Assembly: GCA_036719905.1 (NCBI GenBank) | Contig: DAIMNW010000002.1 | Coordinates: 1-35,187 of the forward strand | Reading direction: 5' to 3' | DNA length: 35,187 nucleotides | Source: Chitinophagales bacterium | GTDB lineage: Bacteria; Bacteroidota; Bacteroidia; Chitinophagales; CAIODY01 | In this document: positions 35,161-35,187 of the stretch, piece after piece | Numbering within the stretch: position 1 is the stretch's first letter | How the letters are laid out: each line of letters opens with the position of its first letter | The notes under the pieces: model-generated | What the model was told of the DNA's origin: nothing | Database searches by the model: none | Seen by the model: the letters and a program-made list of their open reading frames with translations, nothing else | Position numbers and translations under genes: made by a program

Positions 35161-35187
35161 GTCAAAGAATAATTCGTTGTTGATAAT

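Overview
This 35.2 kb window looks like an ordinary chromosomal segment of a Bacteroidota genome. The evidence is gldH, T9SS C-terminal sorting domains, several TAnnTTTG -7 promoter boxes, a bS22-type mini-protein and the HU/rng/mutY neighbourhood. It is densely packed with about 32 CDS, mostly housekeeping: scpA (partial), csp, thiS-thiC behind a TPP riboswitch, PSP1/ricT, gldH, metF, the large methylmalonyl-CoA mutase domain, a YafV-like amidase, rng, HU, mutY, PolX and tRNA-Lys(UUU). I see no CRISPR array, transposase, integrase, phage genes or recognisable defence genes. The most interesting region is the right end (30.6-35.2 kb). There a cytoplasmic PAS histidine kinase is translationally coupled (ATGA overlap) to a response regulator that fuses a receiver domain to a Crp/Fnr-type effector and HTH module. 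Two ATGAC-N4-GTCAT palindromes sit at the same distance (29.5 bp, about -41) from -7 boxes, upstream of a 120-aa unknown protein and a tandem-Usp gene. All of this lies next to an HCxxMCGP membrane protein of the type I recall flanking cbb3-oxidase clusters. Secondary observations are a PolX whose three polymerase catalytic carboxylates are all replaced (A/E/K) while the PHP domain looks intact, and a GLPGLI-like/PNGase F-like fusion protein. Others are an unlisted 31-aa bS22/mS38-like ORF, a probably leaderless oxidoreductase heading a 4-gene envelope cluster, and a T9SS beta-propeller gene whose blade repeats are highly similar at the nucleotide level. All functional calls come from motif recognition by eye and memory of protein families; no database search was run.
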